From positions 3,410,001 to 3,474,000 of the forward strand of contig ML978121.1 of NCBI GenBank assembly GCA_010015805.1: a stretch of DNA of 64,000 nucleotides, in the 5' to 3' direction. The stretch's first letter is position 1. Each line of letters opens with the position of its first letter. This DNA comes from Rhizodiscina lignyota. Its lineage: Eukaryota. Below, one piece after another: positions 59,619 through 64,000 of this stretch. Both the position numbers and the translations under genes were made by a program. The notes under the pieces are model-generated. The model was not told the origin of the DNA and ran no database searches. It saw nothing but the letters and a program-made list of their open reading frames with translations.

Positions 59619-60827
59619 AGCATTGTATGATTGTGCCTGTAGGTGCCAACTATGCTCGGAAACAAGCCTTTTCTGTTGCAAATGTCCAAATCCGACCTAA
59701 GTCTGCCACCCTGCTTGCTATGCAGACCTCTATGTACAAACATTGTAATCAAACGACCATCAAGATCGCTCGACGACCGACGTCGATGCGAGTATATACG
59801 GGCGGTTTCTCTTGGGTTGTGATCAAGATAGACCCCCTCCATTTAAACCCCTCTCTAAATGTCGAATATTACACTACGTCCTGATGGCACATTGAACGAT
59901 TGGCAACGACATATCCAAAAATGGAATCATCCATTTAGGGTATCTCCCCGGGAAAAGGTACTCCAGCAACGTTACTGTTCGGCTATCGGAAATGCAGTTG
60001 ATTCGACTAGAAAAATGACTAATCGTGGACATGGACTTCTCAATTTGAAAGTTATTTGTGCCAGCCACCTAGAACTGGTATCGGCTAAAATGATTTTTGA
60101 TGGGGAAATTCAAAGGGCTTTGATGTGCCGCGCCTGTCGGCATTTTGCCGAGCCGTCATACAGAACCGCAACTCTTCAATCTTACTACTGCACTTCGCAC
60201 GAAAGAGTCACTTGCTCGCAAGCGAAGATCACCTGGGATTGCCCAAGCATTCGCTTGCGTGGAATTCGCTCTTTCGCGATTTAACCTCAATTCAAGCGCA
60301 TTTCATGCAAGCCGAAATGGAGCCCATTTTCGTCATATCACTGATTCTCCGCACGGTCACGATGCGAATTTTCCATTCGGCGTCTCACTGAATGCATCAT
60401 GTCTGCTGCCTTTGCGGCAAATTTCATAGCTCGTTAAGTAACTACGTTACACTCGGACATCCCCGCTCGACCAAGTTACCTCCGCTCGAAGTACCTTTCG
60501 TATTTCTCCGCACTTTAGACTCCAGGTCATCACCAGCTTCCGCATATGGCTGCCAACATTCCCCTGGAGATCGTGCCTATTTTGATCTGGCAGAATTTCC
60601 CCATGGCCCGGTGACCGCCATGGCATCAAAGCAACGTGAAAGCTTGATTGGCACATCGATTTGACACTGTGAGATCATATGCAAGGGCCATTTGTTCCTG
60701 CGGTTCCCTCCCGCAGTAGTACCACAAGGTAGGACTTAAGCTGGGAGGGGAAAATATTTAAATGCGGGGATATATACCTTTTTCCTGAGCTCGCAGTTGT
60801 CAAGTCGTTCGTTTTCAGGTCTTCAAG

Positions 60828-63696
60828 ATGTGGAAGTTGGCAGTCTTTCTGTTAGCGTTCGCCGCTGATATTCAGATACAAGCATATCGACATGGCGCCC
60901 CCGCATACATAGTAGATCCTCAGCCTCTGTGGCTCTTTAAGGATTGGGTTCCACACCCACAGTAAGTACAGGAGCTTTGCTTTTATCATTCTGCCCCACA
61001 TTGCTCAACACTTTGATTTTCACCTGAGTACGCTCAGGCCAACACGTTGATATCTCAAGAGCTCAGGTATCCACACTGGTCCCTTAAAATCATAGAAGAA
61101 AGAAACCGAAGATTTCCACTCCAATGCTTCCTCCCTCCTTCTGGAGACTGGGTCGATTGGCATATGGTTCAAGCTCTTTTAATTCCTGGGAATCAATTTA
61201 GCCGGCCAATTCGAGCGATTGTGCCCTTCTATGCATATGCTGATCTTCGGCAGGCCCGGGCACTTTGCCAATCGAAATGAGTCGGTCCAGCCATTCAGGC
61301 CACACAAGCCTCCCCACGGCCCTCCCCCATACAACCCAGGAGGCAATTGTGACATCACCCATCCTTCCCCCCAGAAGAAGTTCTGGCTTGAAGACGCACC
61401 CCACGAAGGAACGAGTCCTTTCCTCGTGAGAGGTCACGGATACAAGGTCTTCAGAAATGTGAAGGACTACGGCGCGAAGGGTGATGGCATTACTGACGAT
61501 ACGGACGCCTTCAACGCGGCCATCAACGGTATTCATGCCCATCATTATTACAGTCATTACCTTTTTCATTGACCATTATCAGACGGCGGTCGCTGCTCAG
61601 GTGGCGCTTGTGGCACCGGAACAACAGGACAGCCAGCCTTGATCTATGTGCCGTCCGGAAAATACGTCGTCTCATCGCCAATTCAGCTATACGTAGACAC
61701 CCAAGTCATTGGCGATGCGATAAACCTTCCGACGATAAAGGCAGCGTCGAGATTTTCTCCCAACAATGAGAGCATCATCGCTGGCTTCGACCCCGGGACG
61801 GGTAGCACGACCAACTTCTATATTGGAGTCCGCAACTTGGTCATTGATTCGGGAGCCGTACCAGCGAACGCTTCCGTCTCTCTTCTTAACTGGGCTGTTT
61901 CGCAGGCGACTAATCTGATCAATGTCAACTTCGTTATGCCTGTTGGTAGCCAGCACAGCGGTATCATAATGGACGGAGGCTCAGGTGGAGGCGGCTCTGC
62001 TACATACTTGGGCGATCTTACATTCAGTGGTGGCCTTATCGGAATCCATCTGAACAATCAACAATATGCCTTTAAGAACTGCAAGTTTACCAACGTTGCA
62101 ACAGGTATCGCTGTTCAACATCTGTTTGTTGGCACGTTCCAGGGCATGCATTTCGAAGGATGTGGAATTGGCGTTGACGTTGGCGGTATTGATGATACTG
62201 GCTCTGTCGCCCTTATTGACAGCACGGCAGACAACGTTGGCACGGTTGTCAATGGATCTGCGAACCTGGTATTGGAGAACCTACACGTTACGAATTCCGG
62301 TCCAGTGCTTCGCATAAACGGTACGAACAAGGTGACCGGCAGCTTGGATGAGAAGACATACGTAGTTGGCCATCTCTACTATGACAACAAGGACGACCTA
62401 GTTGCGTCGAAGGGAACATATGTGCCTTACACGAAGAGAGGAGCGTTGACAGATGGGGACGGCCTCTACTTGCAGAAGCCGCAGCCGCAGTATACCGAGT
62501 ACAGTGCCGACGCGTTCGTCTCCGTTAAAGATCACGGGGCGAAGGGTATGTATTTCCTTGCACCAAGTGCAATACTTGGTGGATACAGCAGCTAACCTGG
62601 TGCTGTAGGTGATGGCCAAACTGATGACACGGTAGCGATCAATGCTCTTCTCAAAGCCAATGCCAACTGCAAGATCACATACTTCCCACATGGAGTCTAC
62701 CTTGTCACCGACACGATCTACGTTCCGCCTGGATCTAGGATCGTTGGAGAGGTGTGGTCAACTATTTCCGCGACTGGTTCCAAGTTTGCAGACGAATCCA
62801 ACCCACATGTCATGTTCCAGGTCGGAAAGCCTGGAGAAGTCGGCACTGCAGAAGTCACCGACATGCTTTTCACAGTTGCTGATGTCCTTCCCGGTGCTAT
62901 CATGGTCCAAATCAACATGGCTGGCAAGAACAAAGGAGATGTATCGTTCCACAACTCACATTTCCGCTCCGGAGGTGCGGCCGACTCGAATACGGAGACA
63001 GAGTGCCAGACCGACGGTAAGCCGTGTAAGGCGGCCTTCATGATGTTCCACATCGCGCCAACGGCGCAAATCTACATCGAGAATACCTGGCTTTGGACTG
63101 CCGACCATGATCTTGACGGTGACTATAATCAAGTCATTGGCACCGGCCGCGGCATGTATATCGAGTCCACCAAGGGCGTCTGGCTTGTCGGCACCGCATC
63201 CGAGCACCACGTACTTTACGCTTACCAGCTCTACAACGCACAGAACGTCTTCGTGAGTATGCAGCAGGTCGAAACGCCATACAACCAACCCATTCCTCAA
63301 GCGCCCACACCATGGACGCCCAACCCGGCCTGGCACGACCCCGACTTCTCTGACTGCGATCGTGACTCCACCGGTGCGAGGTGTCATATGCAATGGGCGC
63401 TGAGAATCATTGGCGAGGAGACCAAAACTATCAACATCTACGGCAGCGGCTTCTGGGTCTTCTTCAACAATTATACTCAAGACTGCGGTTCCACGTTCTG
63501 TCAAGAGAACATCGTTGATTTGGAGAACTTGAAGAAAGGTGACGGAGTGGAGCTATACAACCTTAACACTAGGGGTACACAGAACCTAATCACACTTGAT
63601 GGAAATGGCCAGGCCGCTCCGTTCCAAGCTGCTGTGTCTGCGGACAATCCAGGCAGCTGGGGAGCCATCATCGCTGCATACCTCGGGTTTGAGTAA
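60828..63696 (+). CDS. Glycoside hydrolase family 55 exo-beta-1,3-glucanase (two beta-helix domains), 3 or more introns
   Basis: Signal peptide MWKLAVFLLAFAA, YKVFRNVKDYGAKGDGITDDTDAFN, STTNFY, NWAVSQAT, second VKDHGAKGDGQTDDT, ENTWLWTADHDLD, GTASEHH and QVETPY. Confidence 0.93.
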
Positions 63697-64000
63697 GTCC
63701 ACAAGAAAAGTAGGTTACGGATAATTACATCATAGCGATTCAATATCAAGTTATGAACACGTACGGTGAACTTGATTGATTTTAGCAATGGCTCCAAAGA
63801 GCATCGACGTCATGTCTCCGAATCGACTGAACTCAATATTCCAGCACCCTAACTGATTACTGGCAAGTAAACCCGCCATCAACTGACATGATGGCCCCAG
63901 TCATCCATGAGTTGTCTTCTGAAGCGAGGAAGACTGCAGCTTTAGCAATATCTTCTGGCAGTCCGTAACCTCGAAATGGATGAATTTTGTTCAACGCATC

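Noticed and set aside
1..64000. CRISPR arrays, transposases, LTRs, tRNA or rRNA genes
   Set aside because: The sequence is eukaryotic with no repeat-spacer arrays. I recognised no RT, integrase or DDE motifs and no cloverleaf or rRNA signatures by eye.

Overview
Intron-rich genomic DNA from a filamentous ascomycete (Pezizomycotina), judged from short GT-AG introns with CTAAC/CTGAC branch sites and fungal gene families. I built about 22 protein-coding gene models by hand-splicing the ORF track. The housekeeping scaffold is PRP19, DOT1, ASE1, importin-alpha, POT1, CDC25 RasGEF and eIF4B. Accessory-type blocks interrupt it: (i) an intronless methyltransferase / GH39 xylosidase / thioesterase trio; (ii) an intact 9-exon, ~1807-aa sacsin/NOV-like GHKL ATPase with exon-delimited internal repeats and a C-terminal DUF3883-like PD-(D/E)XK domain, convergent with a C2H2 gene that appears to start at GTG; (iii) an MFS transporter / M20 amidohydrolase / P450 mini-cluster; (iv) a protein joining a HeLo/SesA-like N-terminus to four Nab2-type CCCH zinc fingers. 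Cell-wall genes (KRE1-like, GH16, GH55) are also present. The strongest candidates for undescribed biology are the two immunity-like architectures (14136-20026 and 56086-57732), followed by a 3-nt micro-exon in eIF4B. I recognised no rRNA, tRNA, CRISPR array or intact transposon. All family calls come from motif recognition by eye, without database searches.
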